DNA from: Bacteroidota bacterium
GTDB lineage: Bacteria > Bacteroidota > Bacteroidia > Bacteroidales > VadinHA17
DNA length: 64,000 nt
Direction of reading: 5' to 3'
Assembly (NCBI GenBank): GCA_034659275.1
Contig: JAYEGY010000013.1
Span: 3,299-67,298 of the forward strand
In this document: positions 9,093 to 18,930 of the stretch, piece by piece
Numbering within the stretch: position 1 is the first letter of the stretch
Layout: each line of letters starts with the position of its first letter
Translations under genes and position numbers: made by a program
The notes under the pieces: model-generated
What the model was told of the DNA's origin: nothing
Seen by the model: only the letters and a program-made list of their open reading frames with translations
Database searches by the model: none

Positions 9093-9215
9093 CATTTTGC
9101 GATAAAATAATGCTCAAAAATTAAGCCAACACTTAAGGCTGTTATCATTAACGGATTAAATAAACGAAGTAAAAACAAGAATGTTGCGATAAAAGGTCAT
9201 TTTTTGATCAACTTA

Positions 9216-10370
9216 TCAATTAATGCGTCTGATGGCCTTCATATATCTCCTTGGTATTTCATTTTCGCCTGCTTGAAGATAATCATTATATGAACATGCT
9301 ATAAAATGTTTTTCGCCCTTTTTACTAACATATTCTATCCACCAGCGGTTGGTAATGTTACTTTTTATGAACACCAGGTCTTCGTTGCTATCTTCGATGC
9401 TGACGTGGTAATTGACAAAGCGCCCCGAATTTTCCTTTTCCAGCACTGATGATTCATTTTGTTTCTGGGCGAAGCCTTCCAGGAAGAACCATATCATCTG
9501 TGCAGCCATTGATGTTGTTAGCCTGCGGTTGTCAAGAAGGGGGTTAACCTCGAAAAATCCTGCAGCCTGTAAGGAATCAGACAGGCCGGCATATCTTGCG
9601 AGCAGGCATATTTCTTCACCGTAAAAGCCGTTGGGTGATGGTGCGAATGTCCCCGGTGCATCTGCCTGGCGCACCGAAGAAATATCAAAAGTAATAAGTC
9701 CTGCATCACGGAACGAGGGCTCTATTTCATGTATGTCGTCCCTCGCTTCACCTATTCTTATAAGGTCATAGTTTAATTTCCTGAAGCGGTTAATCACCTG
9801 TGGATCATTCAGGTATGACTGATAGCCGACCACAAGAAAGTTATCAAGATTATTGTTGCCGGTGATAATGTCGGGAAGGTAATTGAATGAATCTTTTTCT
9901 CTGCGTTCATTAACCCAGTCGATACGTGAATCAACGGCAGCATAAGTGAATTTACCGGGTATCTTTTTAGCTATTGCGGGTATCAGTGTGCTGCTTCCAC
10001 CTATAATAAGGGGAAAAGTATTTGTCTCGATAAGGTATTCAACGATATCGCTCAATGCAGCAAGGCTATCATCGAAGCTCACACCTTTTTTCAGGTTGCC
10101 AAGGTCGGCTATTTTAATTTTCCCCTGCATCCTGGCCAGCTGGTACAGGTCGGTTCTTATTTCGTCAGGAGCGTTGGCACATCCCTTGTTTGGTGAGCGC
10201 CTGTCATCAGGCACGCCCACTATTGCGAGCCGGAAGGGTTTAAGGTCGGTAATCCGGCTGTTTTCCGTGCTGATAACAAGATTACGCGAGAAGCATGATG
10301 GTTCAGCCAGGTGAGTCCACAGCGGCTTATCCATACTCACAGGATCAAAATAGTCATTTAAATCAAGCAT
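9216..10370 (-). CDS. Arginase/formimidoylglutamase-fold protein with degenerate metal-site motifs
   Basis: Arginase-family shape (IIGGSSTLI, AAVDSRIDW, ITFDISSV..DAPG, FFEVNP). I chose the start at MLDLNDYF (10370) so that the gene does not overlap the topA stop at 10381. Confidence 0.6.
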   Translation of the reverse strand: MLDLNDYFDPVSMDKPLWTHLAEPSCFSRNLVISTENSRITDLKPFRLAIVGVPDDRRSPNKGCANAPDEIRTDLYQLARMQGKIKIADLGNLKKGVSFDDSLAALSDIVEYLIETNTFPLIIGGSSTLIPAIAKKIPGKFTYAAVDSRIDWVNERREKDSFNYLPDIITGNNNLDNFLVVGYQSYLNDPQVINRFRKLNYDLIRIGEARDDIHEIEPSFRDAGLITFDISSVRQADAPGTFAPSPNGFYGEEICLLARYAGLSDSLQAAGFFEVNPLLDNRRLTTSMAAQMIWFFLEGFAQKQNESSVLEKENSGRFVNYHVSIEDSNEDLVFIKSNITNRWWIEYVSKKGEKHFIACSYNDYLQAGENEIPRRYMKAIRRIN

Positions 10371-10380
10371 ATTCAGGATA

Positions 10381-12714
10381 TTATTTCTTCTTCTTTTTCT
10401 TTGAGCCTGAAGCCTTTTCAATAATTTTCATGCATTCATCCTTCGAAAGTGATTCAGGGTCAGTGCCTTTAGGTATCTTGTAGTTTTTCTTCTTGTATGA
10501 TATATAAGGGCCATACCGGCCATTAAGGATTACTATATCACCATAGCGCTTTATTTCTTTTTTCCTGTCGGATTCTTTTTTCTCCTTTATAAGTTCAATG
10601 GCACGTTCTTTAGTGATATTATATGGGTCGTCTTTCCCTTTCTTCAGGGAATAAAATTTATTTTTATGTTTAACATAGGGTCCGAAGCGGCCGATGCCAA
10701 CCATTATTTCCTCCCCCTCATACTCACCGAGTGTACGCGGCAGTTTAAACAGTTCGAGTGCTTCATCCAGCTCTATTGTTTCTATCAGTTGTCCTTTTCG
10801 CAGGCTGGCGAAGCGGGGTTTTTTATCCTCTGAGGCATCACCTATCTGGACCACAGGGCCGAAGCGCCCCATTTTGGCATATACAGGCTCGCCCGACTCG
10901 GGATCGGTCCCCAGTTCTCTAGTCCCCTTTTTCCGGTCGGCTTCTTTCAGGGTTGAGGTCACCTTCCGGTGGAAAGGGCCGTAAAACTCCTCGAGCATTT
11001 CATCCCATTCTTTTTCACCTTCAGCAATCTTATCAAACTGTACTTCTATATTGGCCGTGAAATTATAATCGAAAATATTACTGAAATGCTCAACAAGAAA
11101 ATCATTGACAATGATACCGATATCTTTTGGGAAAAGTTTTGCTTTTTCATAAGCCGTTTTTTCTGTTTTCGTGCTTTCCTTGATGTTACCCCCTGACAGG
11201 GTAAGTATATTGACAGTCCTTGGTTCACCCGGCCTGTCTTCACGGCTTACGTATCCCCTGTTCTGTATGGTTGAGATAACTGGAGCATAGGTTGAAGGTC
11301 GCCCGATACCCAGTTCTTCCATTTTTTTCACCAGGCTTGCTTCGGTATAGCGGGGCGGAGGTGTTGTATATTTCTCCTGTCCGGTGATCCTGTCGTATTC
11401 CAGGGGCATGCCTTTTTTTACAGGTGGAATAACTGTATCAGAACCATAATCACCGTTGGTATCGCTTGATTCCCTGTATACTTTCAGGAAACCATCGAAC
11501 TTGATCACTTCAGCCTGTGCAATAAAGGGGATATCAGAGTTTGACATTCCAATTTTAATACTTGTCTTTTCGATCTTTGCATCACTCATCTGGGATGCTG
11601 CTGTTCTTTTCCAGATAAGATTGTAGAGTTTCTTTTCCTGCTGGTTTCCCTGTACACTCTTTTTATCCATGTAGGACGGCCTTATTGCTTCGTGTGCTTC
11701 CTGGGCCCCTTTCGACTTTGTTTTGTATTGCCTTGGCCTTGAGTAGTCATCGCCATATTCTCCCTTTATGGTTTTAGCCGCTGTATTGATGGCCAGCTGC
11801 GACAGATTTGTTGAATCGGTTCTCATATACGTTATCTTACCGCTTTCATACAGTCGCTGGGCAACCGACATTGTCTGGGCCACTGAGAACCCCAGCTTCC
11901 GGTATGCTTCCTGCTGGAGGGTTGAGGTAGTGAATGGCGGTGCCGGTGAGCGGGTGCCCGGCTTTACATTTATTTCTTTAATATTAAAGACGGCATCGGC
12001 GCAGAGCCGGAGAAATGACCTTGCATCCTCTTCCCGGCTGAATTTTTTTGATGCCTCGGCTTTTATTTTTGCCTCTTCGCCATTTCCCATGTTAATTATG
12101 AACTCACCGGTGAGCCTGAACGATGATTCGGGTTTGAAAGATATTATTTCACGTTCTCTTTCAACTATCAATCTCAGTGCCACTGACTGCACCCTTCCGG
12201 CCGACAGCGAAGGCTGTACTTTTTTCCATAATATGGGTGATATCTCGTAACCGACGAGCCTGTCGAGCACGCGCCGTGCCTGCTGTGCGTTCACGAGGTT
12301 GTGGTTTATTCCCCGGGGTGAACTGACAGCTCTATCTATAGCGTCCTTGGTTATTTCGTGAAATACTATTCTTTTTGTCTTTTCAGACGGGAGATCGAGT
12401 ACCTGCACCAGGTGCCAGGCAATGGCTTCTCCTTCGCGGTCTTCATCAGAGGCCAGCCATACCAGGGAAACATTGCCGGACTGCTTTTTCAGTTCATTAA
12501 CCACTTTCTTTTTGTCATCGGGTATAATATACTCCGGTTCAAAACCGTTTTCAATATCAATACCTAAATTTTTTTTTGAAAGATCGCGTATATGGCCAAA
12601 GCTGGAGACTACCTTAAAATCTTTTCCAAGAAATTTTTCGATTGTTTTTGCTTTTGCAGGCGACTCTACAATAACGAGGTTCACGCTCATATCCATCTGA
12701 ATTACTTTCCACAA
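10381..12714 (-). CDS. topA: DNA topoisomerase I
   Basis: TOPRIM N-terminus LVIVESPAKAKTIEKFLG, 777 aa. The true start may be the MSVN codon at 12690. Confidence 0.95.
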   Translation of the reverse strand: MWKVIQMDMSVNLVIVESPAKAKTIEKFLGKDFKVVSSFGHIRDLSKKNLGIDIENGFEPEYIIPDDKKKVVNELKKQSGNVSLVWLASDEDREGEAIAWHLVQVLDLPSEKTKRIVFHEITKDAIDRAVSSPRGINHNLVNAQQARRVLDRLVGYEISPILWKKVQPSLSAGRVQSVALRLIVEREREIISFKPESSFRLTGEFIINMGNGEEAKIKAEASKKFSREEDARSFLRLCADAVFNIKEINVKPGTRSPAPPFTTSTLQQEAYRKLGFSVAQTMSVAQRLYESGKITYMRTDSTNLSQLAINTAAKTIKGEYGDDYSRPRQYKTKSKGAQEAHEAIRPSYMDKKSVQGNQQEKKLYNLIWKRTAASQMSDAKIEKTSIKIGMSNSDIPFIAQAEVIKFDGFLKVYRESSDTNGDYGSDTVIPPVKKGMPLEYDRITGQEKYTTPPPRYTEASLVKKMEELGIGRPSTYAPVISTIQNRGYVSREDRPGEPRTVNILTLSGGNIKESTKTEKTAYEKAKLFPKDIGIIVNDFLVEHFSNIFDYNFTANIEVQFDKIAEGEKEWDEMLEEFYGPFHRKVTSTLKEADRKKGTRELGTDPESGEPVYAKMGRFGPVVQIGDASEDKKPRFASLRKGQLIETIELDEALELFKLPRTLGEYEGEEIMVGIGRFGPYVKHKNKFYSLKKGKDDPYNITKERAIELIKEKKESDRKKEIKRYGDIVILNGRYGPYISYKKKNYKIPKGTDPESLSKDECMKIIEKASGSKKKKKK

Positions 12715-12751
12715 TTAGCTCGACAAAGTAAAGCATTTCTGTCACATAGTT

Positions 12752-12759
12752 CAAAATTA
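12752..12759 (-). promoter_or_regulatory. -7 box TAATTTTG (minus strand) for topA
   Basis: CAAAATTA on the plus strand, 38-62 nt upstream of the candidate topA starts. Confidence 0.35.
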
Positions 12760-12788
12760 ATCTCGATAATTCTTTAATTAATATTTAG

Positions 12789-12796
12789 TATTTTTG
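12789..12796 (+). promoter_or_regulatory. -7 box TATTTTTG for the PBP1A gene
   Basis: Exact TAnnTTTG match 20 nt upstream of the ATG at 12816. Confidence 0.4.
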
Positions 12797-12815
12797 GCCC
12801 AAATACCACATCAAA

Positions 12816-15167
12816 ATGGCAAAGAAAGAAGATAAATACAGGAAATATAAAATATGGTTCTGGGCAATATTTGCCACTCCCTTTGTGTTGATAGTCGCAA
12901 TTTTTATCCTTATCTCTCTTGAGCTGTTCGGACCTATGCCGTCCTTTGAAGAGCTTGAAAACCCGGAGAACAACCTTGCTGCCGAGGTCTATTCAGCCGA
13001 CGGTGTATTACTGGGTAAATATTTCCTTCAGAACAGGACCTGGGTGGACTATAATGAAATATCTCCTTATGTAACGGATGCACTCATTGCCACCGAGGAT
13101 ATAAGGTTTTATCGTCACTCGGGTATTGACATAAGAAGTCTGATCAGGGTTGTTATAAAGACCATTATCCTGGGCCAGGAGACAGGTGGGGGCTCAACAA
13201 TAACACAACAGCTTGCCAAGAACCTGTACAGCACGCGCGAAATGATGGAGGACGGCACTGTAAAAAGTCATTCCATAGGATTGGGGCTGGCTAAATTCAA
13301 GGAGTGGGCCACGGCAGCGCGTCTTGAAAGAAACTACACCAAGAAAGAGATAATAGCGATGTATCTCAACCAGTATGATTTTCTCTATAATGCCGTTGGT
13401 ATCAGTTCTGCGTCCTCGGTATATTTCAATACCACACCGGACTCATTGACCGTTGAACAAGCCGCTATAATTGTGGGGATGTTAAAAAACCCGATAAGGT
13501 ATAATCCCAAAAGGAATCCCGAGAATATGATAGTAAGGCGCAATATTGTACTTTCCCAGATGGGTAAGTATGGCTACATTGAGCCGGAGGTTGCTGATTC
13601 GCTGCAGCAGCTACCCATAGAGATCGATTTCAAGGAGCAGGGGCATGATACCGGCCTGGCTACCTATTTAAGGGAATATGTAAGGACGACGATGATAGCC
13701 TATGAGCCTGACAGTAATATGTTTCTTTTGCGCAATCAATACCTGGATGCAAAGAAGGAATGGGACAATAATCCACTGTATGGCTGGTGCCGGAAGAACA
13801 AAAAGCCTGACGGATCAAATTTTAACCTCTACCGGGATGGTTTGAAGATATTCACCACCATAGATTCGAGGATGCAGAAATATGCGGAGGAAGCTGTTGC
13901 CGAGCATCTGTCCCAGGACCTGCAGCCGACATTCAATGAAGTGGCTAAGAGATTTCGTAACCCTCCCTACAGTAATGACCTTTCATCAGAGAAGATTGAT
14001 GAGCTGATGGAGATTTCGGTGAGACGCACCGACAGGTATAAGAACATGTCGGGGCGGGTATCGGAAGACTCGATATGGAAAGCATTCAATACACCTGTTC
14101 CCATGGAGGTTTTCAGCTGGAAAGGGGATATTGACACGGTGATGACGCCATATGATTCGGTTCTCTACTATAAGTATTTTGTAAGATCATCGATGATGGC
14201 TATGGACCCTCATACGGGCTATGTAAAGGCCTACGTCGGAGGGCCTGATTTCAGGCACTTCAAGTATGATGCGGTGAACCAGCAAAGAAAGCAGGTTGGA
14301 TCAACCATTAAGCCTTTTCTGTACACCCTTGCCATGCAGGAAGGATATTCACCCTGCTACGAGGTGGAGAATATACCAAGGGATTTTGAGGATAACGATA
14401 TAATATGGTCGCCCAGGAGCAGTGGTCCGCGTGAATATCACGGGAAAATGGTTACCCTGAAGTGGGGGCTGGCGAACTCGGAAAACTATATATCGGCATG
14501 GCTGATGAAACAGTTCACCCCCCAGGCCGTTGTTGATCTGATGGCAAGGATGGGTATTAACAGGAGGTATATTGAAGCGGTCAACAGTATCTTCCTCGGG
14601 ACATCTGTTCTGACGCTTGATGAGATGGTAGGGGCCTTCGGCACCTATGCCAACAAGGGTGTTTTTACCGACCCCATCGTAGTAAGCCGGATAGAAGACA
14701 AGAACGGTAATGTTATATCACGTTTTACCCCGAGGATAGGGGAGGTGATGAGTGAGGATCATGCTTACCTGATGATAAACCTGTTACGTGCCGTGGTAGA
14801 CCAGGGAACGGCTATAAGGCTGCGTTTCAAGTATGAGCTGGGAGGCCAGATAGGAGGCAAAACGGGTACGACACAGAATAATTCCAACGGCTGGTTTATG
14901 GGTGTCACTCCCAACCTGGTGGGAGGGGTATGGACCGGCTGGGAAGACCAGTCCATACATTTTGAGAGCCTCACGCTTGGCCAGGGTGCAAATATGGCCC
15001 TACCCGTTTTCGGGCTCTTCATGCAGAAACTTTATGCTGACCCGGAACTGGGCATAATGGAAGCCGATGAATTTGATGAACCCTCCGGTTTTGATATAGA
15101 GCTGGATTGTGATAAGGTGAAAGACCAGGAGGGAATGAGGGATATATATAAGCTTGAAGAGTTCTAG
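12816..15167 (+). CDS. mrcA: Penicillin-binding protein 1A (bifunctional transglycosylase/transpeptidase)
   Basis: N-terminal TM helix. GT51 motifs ATEDIRFYRHSGID and GGSTITQQLAKN. Transpeptidase motifs STIKP and KTGTT. Confidence 0.9.
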   Translation: MAKKEDKYRKYKIWFWAIFATPFVLIVAIFILISLELFGPMPSFEELENPENNLAAEVYSADGVLLGKYFLQNRTWVDYNEISPYVTDALIATEDIRFYRHSGIDIRSLIRVVIKTIILGQETGGGSTITQQLAKNLYSTREMMEDGTVKSHSIGLGLAKFKEWATAARLERNYTKKEIIAMYLNQYDFLYNAVGISSASSVYFNTTPDSLTVEQAAIIVGMLKNPIRYNPKRNPENMIVRRNIVLSQMGKYGYIEPEVADSLQQLPIEIDFKEQGHDTGLATYLREYVRTTMIAYEPDSNMFLLRNQYLDAKKEWDNNPLYGWCRKNKKPDGSNFNLYRDGLKIFTTIDSRMQKYAEEAVAEHLSQDLQPTFNEVAKRFRNPPYSNDLSSEKIDELMEISVRRTDRYKNMSGRVSEDSIWKAFNTPVPMEVFSWKGDIDTVMTPYDSVLYYKYFVRSSMMAMDPHTGYVKAYVGGPDFRHFKYDAVNQQRKQVGSTIKPFLYTLAMQEGYSPCYEVENIPRDFEDNDIIWSPRSSGPREYHGKMVTLKWGLANSENYISAWLMKQFTPQAVVDLMARMGINRRYIEAVNSIFLGTSVLTLDEMVGAFGTYANKGVFTDPIVVSRIEDKNGNVISRFTPRIGEVMSEDHAYLMINLLRAVVDQGTAIRLRFKYELGGQIGGKTGTTQNNSNGWFMGVTPNLVGGVWTGWEDQSIHFESLTLGQGANMALPVFGLFMQKLYADPELGIMEADEFDEPSGFDIELDCDKVKDQEGMRDIYKLEEF

Positions 15168-15170
15168 ATA

Positions 15171-16529
15171 TCAGGCAAAAAGACGCTTAACAAGTGCCTC
15201 AACCTTACCCACCCTCACTATGTTAATCTTATTTCTGCCTTGTTCTCCCGGGCGTGCATATTTTGAAATATATATCTTGGAGAAGCCCAGCCTGGATGCT
15301 TCTTTTATTCTCTGATCGATATGGCTCACCGGCCTGATCTCTCCGGACAGGCCTGTTTCACCCGCAAAGCATACATTACGGTCAACAGGTATGTCGAGGT
15401 TTGATGACAGCACAGCGCTGATAACGGCCATGTCAATGGCCGGGTCACTCACTTTCAGTCCGCCGGCTATATTCATAAATACATCTTTCACTCCCAGCCT
15501 GAAGCCTGCCCTTTTCTCTAGCACGGCGAGCAGCATATTAAGCCGGCGTGTATCAAAGCCGGTGGAGCTTCTCTGGGGTGTGCCGTAAACAGCACTGCTC
15601 ACCAGGGCCTGGGTCTCTATCATAAAAGGACGTATACCATCGATGGTGGCAGCTATGGCTATGCCACTCAGCACTTCTTCATGCTGGTTTATAAACATTT
15701 CAGAAGGATTGGACACCTGGCGCAGCCCTGTTGTGAGCATCTCAAAGATGCCAATCTCCGTTGTGGCCCCGAAGCGGTTCTTTACGGCCCTCAATATACG
15801 GTAGATATAGTTACTGTCGCCTTCGAACTGGAGTACCACATCAACAATATGTTCCAGTATTTTTGGACCGGCAAGGCTCCCCTCTTTCGTGATATGGCCT
15901 ATAAGGATCACCGGGGTGCCCGTTTGCTTGGCATACTTTAAGAGCAGGGCTGCACATTCCCTTACCTGGCTTATGGTACCTGCCGATGATTCAAGGGTGG
16001 CAGTGCTGATGGTCTGGATACTGTCTATAATAATTATCTCGGGTTTGATACTTTCAGCACTGTTGATTATTGCCTCAAGTGATGTTTCTGAATACACATA
16101 ACAGTATTCATTATTATAACCAAGCCGGATGGCCCTCAGCTTTAGTTGCTCACCGCTCTCTTCACCTGATACGTATAGTATCTTCTTGTTATCCAGATTC
16201 ATGGCGAGTTGGAGGGCCAGAGTTGATTTGCCCACCCCGGGTTCCCCGCCCAGCAGTATCACGGATCCCGGCACTATGCCTCCTCCAAGGATGCGGTCGG
16301 TCTCTTCCATCCCTGAGCTGATGCGGTTCCTCTCCAGGCTTGAAATATCATCCAGCAACTGAGGCTTTGCCTGCCCGTGACTGAAAGAAACAGACTCTTT
16401 CCTTTTGGAAGGCACTATTTCTTCCCTGTAGGTGTTCCATTCACCGCATGAAGGACAACGCCCTATCCATTTGGGCGATTCCACGCCGCAATTACTGCAA
16501 ACCCATGTGGTTTTATTCTTTGCCATCAA
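15171..16529 (-). CDS. radA: DNA repair protein RadA
   Basis: Zinc ribbon CSNCGVESPKWIGRCPSCGEW, Walker A GEPGVGKST, KNRFG motif, and a Lon-like C-terminal domain. Confidence 0.95.
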   Translation of the reverse strand: MMAKNKTTWVCSNCGVESPKWIGRCPSCGEWNTYREEIVPSKRKESVSFSHGQAKPQLLDDISSLERNRISSGMEETDRILGGGIVPGSVILLGGEPGVGKSTLALQLAMNLDNKKILYVSGEESGEQLKLRAIRLGYNNEYCYVYSETSLEAIINSAESIKPEIIIIDSIQTISTATLESSAGTISQVRECAALLLKYAKQTGTPVILIGHITKEGSLAGPKILEHIVDVVLQFEGDSNYIYRILRAVKNRFGATTEIGIFEMLTTGLRQVSNPSEMFINQHEEVLSGIAIAATIDGIRPFMIETQALVSSAVYGTPQRSSTGFDTRRLNMLLAVLEKRAGFRLGVKDVFMNIAGGLKVSDPAIDMAVISAVLSSNLDIPVDRNVCFAGETGLSGEIRPVSHIDQRIKEASRLGFSKIYISKYARPGEQGRNKINIVRVGKVEALVKRLFA

Positions 16530-17556
16530 CTATTTTTTCAGCCTTATGGTCCCTGGGCTTTTTTTTCTTTCCCAGAATAATATAAAATGAAATTGAACCC
16601 AAGATAGCAATTAATATCAATTGTGATTCATGTGACAGGGTAGCATAGGCCAGGCCGTCTTTCAGGCTTATTTCGTATATAATATGCAAGCCACGTGACA
16701 CTATCCAGTGAAAAGCACCTATCCCGCTCTGCACCGGTGCAGCCATTCCCATGGTGCCTATGACCAGAAGAAACACGGCATCACCGAAATGAAGATGTGA
16801 GGTTGACGGTATGGCATAAAGGACCACCCATGTCATAATGATATATAAAGTCCATATAAGCAGTGTATGGAAAAGAAACTCCAGTTTGTCTTTCATCCTG
16901 GTGAAAGTTTTCAGGCCGCTGATTATGCCTTTAAGAATATCACCTAACCTGGCAAACAGTTTTACCTTCATCAGTCTTTCCCTGTATATGGTCAGCATTA
17001 AGATTACAGCCACAATGAATAATATTAATATCGCAATGGTAGTTACCGGGGAAACAAATATTGCGGATAACCTGGCACCCAGTGGCTCCAGTACGTTTTC
17101 TTTGAGGAAGGAGTCCATGATATTGCCGCCGGCGAATATCATGATAAACAGAATAATGAACATGCTCACCAGGTCGAATGCCCTTTCGGCTATAACGGTG
17201 CCGAAGAGAGTGTCAACAGGTATTTTTTCTTTACGGCCGAGTGCCACGCACCTGGTCAGTTCACCGAGGCGGGGTGCTGCCAGGTTAAAGAGGTAACCTG
17301 TCATAACGGCATGGTATGCAGAAGAAAAACTGGGCTTATAACCCAGTGGTTTTATCAATAGTATCCATCGCCTGGCCCTGCTGAAATAAGCCAGTGTGGC
17401 TGCGGAGAGGGAGATCAGTACCCATGAATATTTTGCATTTTTCAATTCCGCGAAAACATCAACAAGGTCAATATCCCTGAAAGCTATAAATAAGAGTATT
17501 ACACTGAGGCCTATGAAGATGCCCAGTTTAATTATCTGCTTAATTCCGTCTTTCAA
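16513..17556 (-). CDS. Multi-pass membrane protein, UPF0104 / lysyl-phosphatidylglycerol-synthase TM-region-like
   Basis: About 8 predicted TM helices. Family resemblance is by eye only. It overlaps the radA start by 17 nt. Confidence 0.55.
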   Translation of the reverse strand: MKDGIKQIIKLGIFIGLSVILLFIAFRDIDLVDVFAELKNAKYSWVLISLSAATLAYFSRARRWILLIKPLGYKPSFSSAYHAVMTGYLFNLAAPRLGELTRCVALGRKEKIPVDTLFGTVIAERAFDLVSMFIILFIMIFAGGNIMDSFLKENVLEPLGARLSAIFVSPVTTIAILILFIVAVILMLTIYRERLMKVKLFARLGDILKGIISGLKTFTRMKDKLEFLFHTLLIWTLYIIMTWVVLYAIPSTSHLHFGDAVFLLVIGTMGMAAPVQSGIGAFHWIVSRGLHIIYEISLKDGLAYATLSHESQLILIAILGSISFYIILGKKKKPRDHKAEKIVDGKE

Positions 17557-17558
17557 GA

Positions 17559-17909
17559 TCAGACAAGTTTATTTGTATCGGTGTCGGGAAAGATAAGTGT
17601 TGGCTTGAATTTTTTTGCTTCGTTGTGATCTATAATAGCGTATGATATGATAATGATCACATCACCTACCGCCGCCTTTCTTGCAGCGGGGCCGTTGAGG
17701 CTGATCGACCCGGACCCGCGTTCTCCTTTGATAACATATGTTTCAAGCCTCTCGCCGTTATTAATATTAACGACCTGCACTTTTTCGTTTTCCATAATAT
17801 TCGCAGCCTCCATCAGATCTTCATCGATGGTAATGCTTCCCACGTACTGAAGGTTAGCTTCAGTAACTCTGACTTTGTGAATCTTGGATTTCACTACTTC
17901 TATAAACAT
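17559..17909 (-). CDS. panD: Aspartate 1-decarboxylase
   Basis: [29 protein letters not shown], including the G-S self-cleavage site. Confidence 0.9.
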   Translation of the reverse strand: MFIEVVKSKIHKVRVTEANLQYVGSITIDEDLMEAANIMENEKVQVVNINNGERLETYVIKGERGSGSISLNGPAARKAAVGDVIIIISYAIIDHNEAKKFKPTLIFPDTDTNKLV

Positions 17910-17942
17910 GACTGCAATAGATTAATTACATGGCAAAGTTAA

Positions 17943-18812
17943 TCAACCTTTTGTAAAGTGGAAAGAAAACCCGATATTATCGATCAGCCTTACATCACCG
18001 GCATATACCGCTATACACCCGGTGTAACTTTTGTTGCTACTGATGTCGTTTACGGAATCCAGTGGCATCAGGTCGTTATTATCAACTATTTCAAAGTACT
18101 CAACACTTAAACCCTCCACCGCGTTTATTTCTGATATTACATTGTTTTTCAGTGTGTTAATATCAAAAGGCACAAACTGTTCATGGTACTTCTTGAGTGT
18201 TTGATAAATAATGCCGGCTTTTTCACGCATTGCCGGAGACAATCTCTCATTCCTTGAGCTTAGTGCCAGTCCGTTGTCTTCCCTGACAATGGGACATCCG
18301 ATTATTTTTATATCAAGTTCTTTTTGTTTAACCAGTGTTTTTATCACTGCCAGTTGCTGGAAATCTTTACGGCCGAAGTAAGCCCTGTCGGGCTTACACA
18401 GGTCAAACAATATATTTATTATACGCACCACACCCATAAAATGACCGGGCCGGTGTTTACCTTCCATTATCTTATCCAGGTGGCCGAGGTCTATCGGGGG
18501 TATTTTTTCGTTTCTGTAAATATCATCAGCCCCGGGGGTAAACACTATATCATCAGTACCTAATATGGCGGAGAGTATTCGCAGGTCTACATCCAGGGTA
18601 CGGGGATATTTAACAAGGTCAGTGGCGTCATTGAATTGGGTAGGATTGACGAATATACTGACAATGGTAATATCATTGTCCCTGATTGATTGTTCAACCA
18701 ATGATGTATGACCGGCATGGAGGGCACCCATTGTTGGCACCAGGCCGATGCTTTTACCTTTTTGTCTTCTGACCTCGCTCCTGAGAGCGGCTGTAGTATC
18801 TATTTGTTTCAT
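17943..18812 (-). CDS. panC: Pantoate--beta-alanine ligase
   Basis: VPTMGALHAGHTSLV (HxGH motif), 289 aa. Confidence 0.9.
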   Translation of the reverse strand: MKQIDTTAALRSEVRRQKGKSIGLVPTMGALHAGHTSLVEQSIRDNDITIVSIFVNPTQFNDATDLVKYPRTLDVDLRILSAILGTDDIVFTPGADDIYRNEKIPPIDLGHLDKIMEGKHRPGHFMGVVRIINILFDLCKPDRAYFGRKDFQQLAVIKTLVKQKELDIKIIGCPIVREDNGLALSSRNERLSPAMREKAGIIYQTLKKYHEQFVPFDINTLKNNVISEINAVEGLSVEYFEIVDNNDLMPLDSVNDISSNKSYTGCIAVYAGDVRLIDNIGFSFHFTKG

Positions 18813-18840
18813 CCCGGCTTTAATAAATTGCTCGGCCGGT

Positions 18841-18848
18841 CAAATTTA
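18841..18848 (-). promoter_or_regulatory. -7 box TAAATTTG (minus strand) for panC
   Basis: CAAATTTA on the plus strand, 29 nt upstream of the ATG at 18812. Confidence 0.4.
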
Positions 18849-18900
18849 GTCAAAAAATCAATATGCTGGCTCGTGGATTCAGGTATTGGAATATTTTTGC

Positions 18901-18908
18901 TAACTTTG
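18901..18908 (+). promoter_or_regulatory. -7 box TAACTTTG for the glgA-like gene
   Basis: Exact TAnnTTTG match 23 nt upstream of the ATG at 18931. Confidence 0.4.
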
Positions 18909-18930
18909 CAATCTGTTATTAAAAGGCCAA

